DNA of 64,000 bases from Malacoraja senta (lineage: Eukaryota). How positions within the stretch are numbered: the stretch's first letter is position 1; every line of letters begins with the position of its first letter. The stretch covers positions 372,001 through 436,000 of the forward strand of contig JAXLNO010000438.1 of NCBI GenBank assembly GCA_038087875.1, read 5' to 3'. Both the position numbers and the translations under genes were made by a program. The notes below the pieces were generated by a model. It was not told the origin of the DNA and did no database searches. It was given only the letters and a program-made list of their open reading frames with translations. Positions 26,265-38,439 of this stretch are shown in pieces.

Positions 26265-27626
26265 TTATAGGGTTTGAAGCGCAGCTAGAACCTCCATCAC
26301 TTCTTTTTGTGCAAAGTGGAGAGTTCTGCTAGGAACATGCTGGACAGGCAAATCATAATTTGGATTGAATTCAATTCGAAATCCTTGTATATTATTCAGA
26401 ATTACCACATCTGAAGTAATCTTCTTCCAATTGTTATAGAAGAGACATAATCTGCCTCCAACTTTTGGACTTAATCCGGTTAGTATGTTCCCATGAGAAC
26501 CAGGTCCACCTACCTCTTGAGTCATTTGAGTACTCTGAGATCCCTGGATTCTCCCGGAAGCACCCCCACTGGTTCTTGCTCCCGCTGCAGGCCGCCAGCT
26601 ACGTCCCTGCGTTAATGAGCGACTTGGTCCTGGTCCAGGATCCGTATGACGTCTGAAAGGATACTTCCTCTTTACAGACTTTACAACCATTGATATTTTC
26701 ATCAATCCTGTTTTCGCTTCATCTTCCAACTCTTTAATACGTCTCCCGAGATCCTCTCCAAAGAGTAAGTTGGGTAATTGTACATTACTTGGTTTGCAGA
26801 GTGCTGCGAATTTCGGATTCATAGTAGGCCGTATAGCACCTTTCCTCAGACAATTGATCATGAAGTGGGTGCTGCATAGCAACCCCAGTGCTTCCTGATG
26901 CAACTCCGTCATCTCTTGGCATTTATCCGCTATTCTGGCAAAAGCAGATATTCCAGAACCCAGCAGCTTTAATATTCTCTGCAATTTCAATTCTTGAGTT
27001 CTCATACTCAACTCATATTTTCTTGCATTCTCATCCATCTCCTGCTGTTCCAGCTGATGGGAAACCAAGTAATTTATTAGGGAGGCCAATTCTTCTCCTA
27101 ATGGCTCTCCTGACCCTGACGGGGCAGCGAATCGTACTGCCAGGGATGGAACATCTGGCAGCTGCCGTTCTTCGCCTTGTACAGCCTCACCGTCAGAGTC
27201 GGGGTCTGAAATCTCATGACCCGTGGCACGCTCCTCATCCCTGAGGGTGCATTCTATCAGCCCTGTACCAGAAGCTGTTGAGCTGCTTTCAGCAGCTTGG
27301 ATTTCAGTACACTCTTACCTGAGTGTGCTTCGCTCCAACAGCCTATGTAGCAGGCTTTCCATTTGGGCAATACGCTTAGAAGCAGTATCTAGCCCTGGAG
27401 CTTCTTCCATTTCCATTTCCTGGGACTCCTCCTCCGTGGCCCGTTTCAATTTGAACTTGGCCTTGCGCCCAACAGGCGCTGACTGCCCCAGGTCCACAGT
27501 CGCTATGCTCACCGCTGGCGACTGTACCGGGGTTAGAGGCGGTTGGTCGCTAACCGCAGACTCCCGACTTTCCCGACTTTCTGTCGGCTGAGTCGCTCGC
27601 CTCTTCCCCCTGCCCGTTTTTTCCAT
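26265..27626 (-). pseudogene. DIRS gag-like ORF1 (frameshifted), running into the pol N-terminus
   Basis: ATG in GCCATGG context; LRKGAIRPTMNPKF..LLFGEDL gag-like motif; then VGGRLCLFYNNW..IQGFRIEF. Confidence 0.75.
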
Positions 27627-28100
27627 GGCGTCTGTGGAAAAAATCCCTACAGACCCACAGTAAACGGACCTGAAAATACTGAAAAAAGTTTTTACTTATC
27701 TTGTAGTTAAAAAACTACAAATCCATTAGATGAGCTCTGCTCCTCACGTCCGTTTGCATCAAGGCGTCAGACGTAATGACGCGCAGGCGCACTGGCGGGG
27801 TTCTTCACGTAGTCACTCACGTGACTCCGAAGTAAAATGTAAAACTGTAAAGCACAGCAATGGGCCCTTCAGCCCACAATGCTTGTGCCCAACACAATGC
27901 CAACACAAACTAATCTCTTCTACCCGCACGTGATCTATATCTATTCCCTGCACTTCCAGGTGCCTATCTAAAATCCTCTATTTTATTTGCCTGGTCTAAA
28001 TGCAGAAAGCTTCTCTGGCTTGTGTTTAAAACCATGAGAGGAATAGATCAGGTAGACACACAGTCTCTTGCCCAGAGTAGGGAAATCAAGAACCAGAGAA

Positions 28101-29138
28101 TAGGTATGTTACAAAACTTACCTTCAGTCGCGCTGTAATTCTGCCACTGGCCGTGTGCGCGATTTTGGCGCCTTTAAGGGGGGGCGGGTTTAAACGCGGG
28201 TTTCTCCTCCCTTGTCCTGGTTAATATTTTGTTGGAGTACAAGCGTTGGCTGACAAATCGTTCCTAGTGGCCTTTTGTGTATTTTTTATTTTTATTAAAT
28301 CGTCAATGTCAGCGCTAGAGTAATTTTAAAATCAGCTCCTGAAGCGTCAACGCCGATAACGGGGACGGATTTCACACACGGGACAGGTAAACGAAAGTGG
28401 TTTCTTTAAATGTATAAAAGTGCTTCTTAAGAAGCCTTTAATTCACATTTTTTCATGCGACACGGTGATTTTATTCCCTGAATTAACGGCAGTATTTTTC
28501 ATGCCAATACGGGGTTAAATTCACCGCAAATGAACGTTCCAAAAGATCGCGTTCCAGAAATCCTCACTCACAAGATGATTTAAATCCCCATTAATTTACA
28601 GGTATTAAACATTCAATTCCTTCCATTTGGCCTGTAAATTCATGAAAATGAGATTTAAAAATTATGTTATATTGTGAATTATTGCGTGAATGTTATTTGG
28701 ACACTTAGGCTATTTAAAAATGTTAATCTATTCTTAAGAAATTGATAGATGTTTAGATCTAGTATTTGAATTTTGTAATTAGCTACAATTAGGTAACTAA
28801 CTAATTATATGCTTTACTTTCATGTCTTCTAAGTAAGATTGTTTCATATTTGTTTCAGAATGCTTCAATCTATAATAACTGGAAATTTCTTTCAGTTATC
28901 TTAATTTTTAAGAAAGTTATGGGCTTTTAACTGTCCTCGATCACAGCTTTTGTGTTGTCAATGGAAAAGCAAAAGGGAACAAGATGCTAATTTCCGAGTA
29001 TGAAAATGGCTATAACTTCTTTAATACTGAAGATATGAAAGTGAATTAGGTGTCAACTTAAACTTCTTTTTATGCTTTATCTGATGGGATAAATTGCAGA
29101 TTTTATTTTTAAAATCTCAAAATGTTGTAACATTGCTA
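28101..29138. mobile_element. ~1 kb non-autonomous DNA transposon (hAT-like termini) inserted in a CR1 3' fragment
   Basis: Imperfect TIR TAGGTATGTTACAA / TTGTAACATTGCTA; flanks cagagaa / cagagag; CR1 sequence resumes on both sides (28020-28100, 29139-29446). Confidence 0.7.
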
Positions 29139-30381
29139 CAGAGAGCATAGGTTTAAGGTGAAGGAGGAATGATTTTAAAGGAATCTATAAAATTCCTAGG
29201 AGCAACCTTTTCATGCAAAGGGTGATGGGTGTATGGAACAAGCTGCTGGAGGAGATAGTTCAGGCAGGGACTATTGCAACATTTAAGAAGCAACTAGATA
29301 GGTACATGGATATGACAGGTTTGGAGGGATATGGGCCAAAAGCAGGCAAGTGATACTAGTGTAGATGGGACATGGTGGTCGGTGTGGGCACATTGTGCCA
29401 AAGGCTATGTTTCCACGCTGTATGACTCTACGACTCCATGACTCTATGGCTAACCTGAAGCAAATGCAGAGGCAAATGAGTGTCCCCAAAACTCTCCAAG
29501 ATCTTTGACATCTTGCAAAGCCCAACCCCAATTCTGCTGGCTGTCAAAACAGCAAGTTCATGACAACCCATTAGGATTTGCGGTTCAAGACTAGCTTCAA
29601 TTTCAAATGTACAGTTGCCTTTGATTCAAACACATGGAGCTGGATCGAGGTGCAGAATTCTGGCTGCTAGTTCAGACAATTAACAATTACACTAACGTAA
29701 CCTAGTAACTTACAAATTCAAAGATTCTTTCAATAGTCTTCTTCAGTAAGTCTTATTGCAAAACTCTGATTAATACAAAGGATGTTCAACTTATAATGTG
29801 ATTAATTAGATGTCTTATTCCTATACCAGACTCCAACAATGCTATTTGACCATTCAAACATACACATTCAGGTAGCCAAGTAATCCTTTCTTTCAACTCA
29901 GGTGATAATATTTAATATAGAAGCCCAGAACACTCCTTGAAGGCATAATGATAAAACTAGATAAACAACCCAGATACAACAAGTTAAACCTTTGTATAGG
30001 AAGTTTACTTCAAATTGAATTTAAAAGGTGTGGACTAGCAAACCATAAAGTAGCCATGAAATCCAAATAACTGAACACCCTATAACTTCAGAAAACTTAT
30101 CCACCCCTATAATGTATGGCCAAGTTGCTGTTAACTCTCATGCCCTCTAGACAACTAGTAAGAGTCAACTAATACTGATCATTAAAATGTGTCCCTTGTT
30201 CATATTTTCCACAGTTCATGCCCTATCTATATTGTGAAGCAGCCAAAACTGCTCTAAGAATCCATCACGGAGGCACTCCACAAACTCCCATTCTAGGTGA
30301 ACAGCTGGCAGTAGTTGTGCACGTGGGCACAAATGCCATCGGGAAGAAGAGGAGGTTCTGCAACATGAGTTCAGAGAGTTA

Positions 30382-30878
30382 AGGGCCTGTCCCACGGGCA
30401 TGAGACTCCATGCGGCAAGCGCGACCTAACCGCAAGCGGGGGCCGTGCGGGGGCCGCGCGGAGGTCGTGGGGCCGGTCCCACTTCGATCGCCGGAGCCGT
30501 ATGGAGTTGTGCGGAGCTGGTCCCGACATCGCGCGGGGCTCTGAAAAACTGACACTATTCAAAAATTCCGTGCGGCAATGGCCTGCCGCCCCGCAACCGC
30601 ATCGAGGCCGTGCCCGCCGCATCGACGGCCGTGCGCACTGCCTCGTCGCCGGACACAGCCGCCTCGAGGCCGTGCACACCGCCTCGATGCTGGACGCACC
30701 GTCTTGACGTCACTCGACCTCCGTGCGGCCCCCGCTTCCGATTTGGTAGCACTTGCCGCATGCAGCCGCATGCTGGTGGGACCGGCCCTGTACAGGGATC
30801 ACTCGACCTCCGCGCGGCCCCCGCTTGCGGTTAGGTCGCGCTTGCCGCATGGAGTCGCATGCCCGTGGGACAGGCCCT
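30382..30878. mobile_element. GC-rich PIF/Harbinger-type MITE
   Basis: AGGGCCTGTCCCAC termini extending to ~70 bp inverted arms; TTA TSD; splits CR1 ORF1 gagagtta|ggaagaaga. Confidence 0.92.
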
Positions 30879-33244
30879 TTAGGAAGAAGACTGAAAAGCA
30901 GGACTAATAGGGTGGTTATCTCTGGATCGCTTCCAGTACCTCGTGCTAGTGAGAACAGGAACAGGGAGATAGAGGATAGAGGTGCAGTGAGCAAGGATTT
31001 ACATTTATAGACCACTGGGATCTCTTGTGGGGTAGGGGTGACCTGTACAAAAGGGATGGGTTACACCTTAACTGGAGGGGGACCGAAGATCTGGCAGGCA
31101 GGTTGGCTAGGGCTACACGTGTGGGTTTAAACTAAATAGTGGGAGGGAGGGATTGACAAATTGGGAGTATAAAGATGGAGTTGAAGGGGAAGTGAGTACA
31201 GGAAAAGTTACAAAAGACTCCCGAATTAATGGGAAGGAAAGTTCGAGAAGGGATAAGAGAGTAAGGTCAGGGCCAATTGCAAGCAGTGTGAGAGGGGAGG
31301 TGAATACCGAAGTCAAAGTGTTGTATATGAATGCGTGATGTATAATAAATAAAGTGGATGAGGTTGAGGCTCAGTTAGAAATTGACAAGTATGATGTTGT
31401 GGGAATTACAGAGGCATGGCTGTAAGAGAACCAGAGCTGGGAACTGAATATTCAAGATATTGGGAGATTTCCACATGCAGGTAGACTGGGTAAATCAGGT
31501 TGGTACTGGACCCCAAGAAAGGAAGTTTGTGGAGTACCTCCGTGATGGATTATTCGAGCAGCTTGTATTGGAGCCTACCAGGGAGAAGGCAATTCTGGAT
31601 TTAGTGTTATGTAATGAACCGGATTTGATAAAGGAACTTGAGGTTAAGGAGCCATTAGGAGGTAGTGACCATAATATGGTCAGTTTTAATCTACAATTGG
31701 AGAGGGAGAAGGGTAAATCGGAGGTGTCAGTGTTAGAGTTGAATAAAGGGGACTATAGAGCCATGAGGGAGGAGTTGGACAGTTGACTGGAAAGATACCC
31801 TGCAGGGATGACAGTGGAACAACAATGGCAGATATTTCTGGGAATATTACAGAAGGTGCAGGATCAGTTCATTCCAAAAGGAAGAAATATTCCAAGGGGA
31901 TTAAGGGGCGACCGTGGCTGACAAGGGACATCAGGGACAGTATAAAAATAAAAGAGAAGAAGTATAACGTAGCAAAGATGAGCGGGAAGCAAGAGGATTG
32001 GGTAATGTTTAAAGAGCAACAGAAGATAACTAAAAAGGCAATACGGGGAGAAAAGATGAGGTACGAAGGTAAGCTAGCCAAGAATATAAAGGAGGATAGT
32101 AAAAGCTTCTTTAGGTATGTGAAGAGGAAAACATTAGTTAAGACCAAAGTTGGACCCTTGAAGACTGAAATAGGTGAATTTATTATGGGGAACAAGGAAA
32201 TGGCAGATGAGTTGAACAGGTACTTTGGATCTGTCTTCACTAAGGAGGACACAAACTATGTTCCTGATATACAAGTGACCAGAGGATCTGGGGTGATGGA
32301 GGAACTGAAGGAAATCTACATTAGGCAGGAAATGGTGTTGAGTCGACTGACTGGACTGAAGGCTGATAAAACCCCAGGGCCTGATGGTCTGCATCCCAGG
32401 GTACTTAAGGAAGTGGCTCTGGAAATCGTGGACGCATTGGTGATAATTTTCGAATGTTCTATAGATTCAGGATCAGTTCCTGTGGATTGGAGGGTAGCTT
32501 TTTAAGAAAGGCAGGAGAGAGAAAACAGGGAATTATAGACCAGTTTGCCTGACATCGGTGGTGGGGAAGATGCTGGAGTCAATTATAAAAGATGAAATAG
32601 CGGCACATTTGGATAGCAGTAACAGGATCGGTCCGAGTCAGCATGGATTTACAAAGGGGAAATCATGCTTGACTAATCTTCTGGAATTTTTTGAGGATGT
32701 AACTAGGAAAAGCCAAGGGAGAGCCAGTGGATGTAGTGTACCTGGACTTTCAGAAAACATTTGATAAGGTCCCACATAGGAGATTAGTGGGCAAAATTAG
32801 GGCACATGGTATTGGGGGTAGAGTGTTGACATGGATAGAAAATTGGTTGGCAGACAGGAAACAAAGAGTAGGGATTAACGGGTCCCTTTCAGAATGGCAG
32901 GCAGTGACTAGTGGGGTACCACAAGGCTCGGTGCTGGGACCGCAGCTATGATACATCAATGATTTAGATGAAGGGATTCAAAGTAAATTTAGCAAATTTG
33001 CAGATGACACAAAGCTGGGTGGCAGTGTGAACTGTGAGGAGGATGCTATGAGAATGCAGGGTGATTTGGACATGTTGGGTGAGTGGGCAAATGCATGGCA
33101 GATGCAGTTTAATGTGGATAAATGTGAGGTTATCCACTTTGTTAGCAAAAACAGGCAGGCAGATTATTATCTAAATGGTGTCGTTGGGAAAAGGGGAAGT
33201 ACAACAGGATCTGGGTGTCCATGTTCATCAGTTACTGAAAGTAA

Positions 33245-35799
33245 AACCCCTGTCTCACGGTGCGAGCTGACCCACGAGGTACCCCGAGCTTAAAACAAAT
33301 TTAACTCATGGTAATCATGTACGATTAACATAGCGGGAACGTCGGAACTCGTGGACGCAACTTAGCGACTCTTGGCGCTAACGGCAGGTACCCGTGACAC
33401 TTGTTAACTCTTGGAAAAATTCAAACATGTTTAAACTTTTCCACGAGTAAAATGTACTCTTGAGGTTAAAATTTGAAACATTTAAACACGTTGTAAGAAT
33501 GCAGTGGCCCGTGCGTTTACCTTAGTGACTCGTGAGTCTACCATGGGAACTCTTTAACTCAGCGGGCAGGCAGCATCTCTGGAGAGAAGGAATGGGTGAT
33601 GGGATGACGTTTCCAAATTTCTGCTGTGTCTTTGTGTAACTCCAGCACCGTGTGTTCACTTTTTGTCAACCAGCATCTGCCCTTTCTCGTGTATGACATT
33701 ATTTGTATCCGTGGCAGTTGATTGTCGCTCCCTTCAGTTTCCCAGAGGGTCGGGAGGGAAAGGTGTGTGGGGGGGGGGGGGGGGGGGGGGGGAGGAGGGA
33801 GGGGGGGGGGTTGGGGTGACTTAGTACGGGAGACAAGTGTACTGACTGTGTGGGCAGACACTTTGGTAGTGATTGCCCATGGGGTTCACTGTCGAGGACT
33901 TCATAATGCAGGAAGCATTATAAACAGTGGAGCGATTAACCCTGGAAAGGGGGGAGACTTCTCTCTGAGTTGGACCCATTTGCAGGAATTTTCTTGAGGT
34001 TATTAACGACAGATAAATGGATGGGAAGTGTTAAGAGGGCTATGGGCCACATGCAGGCAAATAGGACTACCCCAAGACGCCAACTTGGACGGCACGGCCT
34101 ATCTGGGCCGAAGGACCTGTTTCTGTGTGGTACAGCACCATGACTAAAGCCTATCCAGTGGGATTGACATGTTTTGTATTTTTCCTTTCTAAAGATGCAG
34201 TGTATTTTGGTGACTATTGCACACTGCAGACCAGAAGCGCTTTCAATACCCAGAGAGAAGGGATGGGCGGGTTAGGTGAGCAGGAGAGTGGGGTTGTTTG
34301 CAGTTGCAGAGGGAGGGGGCAAGGGCGGTACAGTTCCCTGTCTCAGCTCCTGTTCTACCGAGCGTGTGGACGTGGACGGATGGCTTGGTTGGCGGCGGCC
34401 CATGGTGTGGCAGAGCCGGCGTGCCCGCTGACTCCCATCCCCCCTTCCCCCCGGTCCGGGGCCGCGCTGGGAGAAAGCCCCCGAGCATCTGCCCCGGGGC
34501 GACGGGCACTGACCTGCTGGCATCGCCGACGTGAAGACAGTGCAAAGCCCCCGCGCCCGGTGCAATGGGCGGGGAGCTGGAGAGGGGAGGGAAGGGGTCA
34601 CACACATGGCCGGGAAGCAGAGGGGTGGGGGTGGGGGTGGCAACAGACAGGGCCAACAATGAGATGGAGAAAGACAGAAACACCGACGTGTAAAGGAGAC
34701 CTACAATAGTTCATGATCTCTCTCGCGTTATGGCGGGTGATTGTCGCCTGCCCGCTGTTTCTGACGCTAAAGCCTTGGCATCGTTGCCCTTCGTGTTGGC
34801 GTGGAGGGGGAGGGGGGTATTGTGCTGTTTGATCGCCCCCTGCTATCCCAGGGACAGGGAGACACAGCGGCTTTTGAGACTGGTGGGCAATCACTACCAA
34901 AGTGTCTGCCCACACAGTCAGTACACCTCTCCTACACTTGTCTCCCGCACTAAGATCATCCCGCAGAGAATGATCCCAGCCTAACCCAAGAGCCTTGTCA
35001 CCCCAGACAGATTAATGACGCCCGCGCATCCCCCCCCCCCCCCAACCTCCCTCCACCTCAACTCACGCCTGGGCACCAAAGCAGCTCAGGAGGCGAACCC
35101 TGAGCTCCGTCTCCCAACAATCTGATGTGCAACTGATGTGAAAGAACAGCGGCTGCGGCCCGCCAGCACCCGGCATGGACTTCTCACACCCTCAACACAC
35201 GAAAAGTGTGTGAGAATAAACAAAAACAAGGAATAAAACCAAAGCCCGGCTTGAAAGGCATCTAAAAATATATTCCGCTTAGAACGAGCAGGCGCGGAGA
35301 CATCCATCCACATTCAAAGATTTCATCTCCCGTCTCCCCGCAGTGTGTAGACCTGGCAGTAAATTCAATTAAAAATATAGCAAACCTCACTGCTCGCTGG
35401 TCTTCCAACTACGTGATGTGTGTTTCAAATAAATCATCAGTATAACTGCTCTGGCACTGGACGGTGCGCATTTTCCCTTTGTAGGTCAAATCAATAGATG
35501 CGGCCGCGCTGAATTCTATCTTTAACTCAAAGCCGCAGGATGGAGATGTCTTCTTTAACACTGTTGCTTATTAAAACAGACCTTCATTCATGGTTGGCTC
35601 AAGAGTAACTCAGGAGAGGAACTTGGTAACTCGGGAGACGAACTTGGAACATCGCAGAAATGACAAGTAAACGGCAAACGTAGTCATACCCGTGGGAACT
35701 CGGTTAGCCTCTTGATCATACACTTGGAATCTCGTACACAACCACGAGTCTTTCAATCGGGGTACCTCGTGGGTCAACTCGCACCGTGAGACAGGGCTT
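33245..35799. mobile_element. 2.55 kb non-autonomous PIF/Harbinger-type element with heterogeneous interior
   Basis: ~43 bp TIR AA(C/G)CCCTGTCTCACGGTGCGAG(C/T)TGACCCACGAGGTACCCCGA; flanks TAA/TTA; splits CR1 gaaagtaa|gcatgcagg; left subterminal region homologous to the 6806/9285 MITE. Confidence 0.88.
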
Positions 35800-38439
35800 T
35801 TAGCATGCAGGTACAGCAGGCAGTGAAGAAAGCAAATGGCATGTTGGCCTTCATAACAAGAGGAGTGGAGTATAGGAGCAAAGAGGTCCTTCGGCAGTTG
35901 TATAGGGCCAAAGTGAGACCACACCTGGAGTATTGTGTGTAGTTTTGGTCCCCTAATTTGAGGAAGGACATTCTTGCTATTGAGGGAGTGCAGCGTTGGT
36001 TTACAAGGTTAATTCCCGGGAATATACCTGTCATATGCTGAGAGAATGAAACGGCTGGGCTTGTATACTCTGGAGTTTTGGAAGGATGAGATGGGATCTT
36101 ATTGAAACATATAACATTATTAAGGGTTTGGACATGCTAGAGGCAGGAAACATGTTCCCAATGTTGGGGGTGTCCAGAACCAGGGGCCACAGTTTAAGAA
36201 TAATGGGTAAGCCATTTAGAACGGAGACGAAGAAACACTTTTTCAAACAGAGAGTTATTAGTCTGCGGAATTCTCTGCCTCAGAAGGCGGTGGAGGCCGG
36301 TTCTCAGGATAGTTTCAAGAGAGAGCTAGATAGGGCTCTTAAAGATGGCGGAGGCAGGGGATTTGGGTAGAAGGCAGGAACGAGGTACTGATAGGGGATG
36401 ATCAGCCATGATCACATTGAATGGTAGTACTGGCTCGAAGGGCCAAATGGCCTACTGCACCTATTGTCTATTGTCTATTGCTCCCTTTATCCAATTATGA
36501 TCAAACCACCAGTCCATATAAAATTTGCTACCATCCTCCTGCTATTGCATTTATGTGCCTCTCAACATGAATCCACTTGTTTGTTCAACCTTCATATAAA
36601 TCACCCCAAGAAAAAAACAATTCAATTCTAACCCTTCTGGATATTTAGAGTAGCTATAAATGTACCAAAGGCATAAGGATTTTCCTTTCTTGCTATAGCT
36701 AAAGTAATCCACATAGTGGCAGTAACGAACAACGTTTTTTTTATAAGACACTTCACAATTTCTCTTACATTTACAATGAAATGCATTGCCAAGAAATCTT
36801 GCAGCCTGACTTTAAATGACATTTTGAAGTTCTGTGTTGTATTCTATTTTGCTTGGACTACTAATGATTAGAAAATTAGGGGGATGGTATGGAGCAAATA
36901 GGAAGACTAAGGAGCTCTCTGGTACTATCCCTGCTTCATAGTGTTGCCCAGAAATAGGATAGTGCAATGTCTGTATTTTTAAAGTTGCTATTCACATAAA
37001 CATTCTATTTTACAAGCTGTATAAATCACTTGCTGATTACAAAATATTATACTAATCACAATTAGATAAAGTACTTCCATGCACTGTCCATGTTAGCTTG
37101 CCTGATCTTTTCCCAGGAACATGGTTGCGACTAATGATGACATTTCATGTAATGCTCATTACCATCTATACTGACATCAAACGGAGCTGAAAGCTTCACA
37201 ACATCAGTATCTTGGAACAGTGTCAGAAGCACACATGGCACTGGTTTGTTGTTATGTTTTCCTGCTGTCTATCAGGAAACCTGTCTTGGCAATCTCAGAG
37301 GTTTGGCAGGCGTTTGAGTAGCCTGTGCTGTCCACCACATGTACTTAAAGTGTTTTTTCGAAGGGATATTTATTCCATGGGTGCTTCAGCAGAGGGAGTG
37401 CTGGCAGCAAGCACTCCATCACTGGGTGTATCAACATAACCATGACTGGCCAATGAAGAGGGTCAGGAAGCACAGATGTACTCATCTGCAAAGAGCTCAC
37501 ATTGAGATTCTACCCTGCATCACACCAGAGCATCTTTGATAAACCATGTATTCATGGGTCAGGCTTTCCATTGATCTTGTCCCCCGACACATCCCTGGAC
37601 TGCCCCCTCCATGAAGCTCAGCCCATCATGACATGAGACCCTTCCTCCCATCCTCAGGATCTGAGGAAGGGTCCCTGACCCTAAAAGGTTAACCAGTTTC
37701 TCTTTTCACAGATGCTGCTTGACTGGCTGTTCTTCCAGCATTTATGCTTTTGTTTCAGATTCCAACCTTTGTATTTTAATTTGCACACGCCAGTATATAC
37801 CATCAAGACAGCATGCCAATAAATCAGAATCCAAGACATGAATGAATAAATCCACATTCCAATTACCTAAATGGCTTGCGATCATTCCTATTTCCTAAAG
37901 ATTACATCTTAGTTAAAAGATTTAATGTAGTTCACTTATTGACACTGACAAGTTATAGAATCATAATTGACACAAATAGATATAAAATATGGCAATTATA
38001 GAAAATGACAATTTCTAATTATTCCTCGTAGTCAGACCAACATGTTCTAAAATGTTTTAAAATAAAGTGTTTTTAAATATAGCTGTTTAAAAAATATCTA
38101 AAGCAACTCCCTGTAATCTAAGATTGGCAAATGATATCACTTTGGATTGCAGCCAGTCATGTTATTTCTCTTAAGATGCATCACATCTTCACCTATTTCA
38201 TCAATGTATCTTTAACATCTGGATGTCTACTAGTGAATTATTGACCATGAAAGTAAGTTGTCATGTTTTCTAGCATTATAAATTCAGAAGAATTGTACAC
38301 ACACCTGGGTCTGCATTATTTATGTAAATTAAACACATCCAAAAATTGTTACATTGGATACTATATTGGAAACTTCCTTCAACACATTGATCTGCATCTC
38401 CTCATTGCCTTTCTTTCCTGAAAACATTTTGCACCAATG

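Larger units (their letters stand above)
23102..27838 (-). mobile_element. Structurally complete DIRS1-type tyrosine-recombinase retrotransposon with decayed ORFs
   Basis: Inverted terminal repeats (23176-23210 vs 27777-27811); internal complementary region 23335-23447; gag-RT-RNase H-methyltransferase-YR order on -. Confidence 0.95.
30296..36480 (+). mobile_element. Large CR1 LINE (ORF1 esterase end + ORF2 + 3' UTR) interrupted by two Harbinger-type elements
   Basis: VVVHVGTN, EFRELGRRLKSR, DGLHL (SGNH esterase ORF1); VLYMNA, deletion near 31460, GDF, SDH, RT motifs; tail (ctattgt)3. Confidence 0.95.

Noticed and set aside
30597..30710. CRISPR-like repeat array
   Set aside because: Degenerate tandem units without unique spacers, inside a eukaryotic MITE.
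30371..31015. Many overlapping Arg/Ala/Pro-rich ORFs
   Set aside because: Stop-poor GC-rich palindromic MITE; no domain motifs.
34125..34709. 194-aa ORF as a Harbinger transposase or Myb protein
   Set aside because: No recognisable DDE or Myb/SANT motifs; low-complexity GC-rich translation.
35408..35570. Short open frame on - (..FELKIEFSAAASIDLTYKGKMRTVQCQSS..) inside the large Harbinger element
   Set aside because: No recognisable homology and no convincing splice boundaries; cannot be supported without a search.
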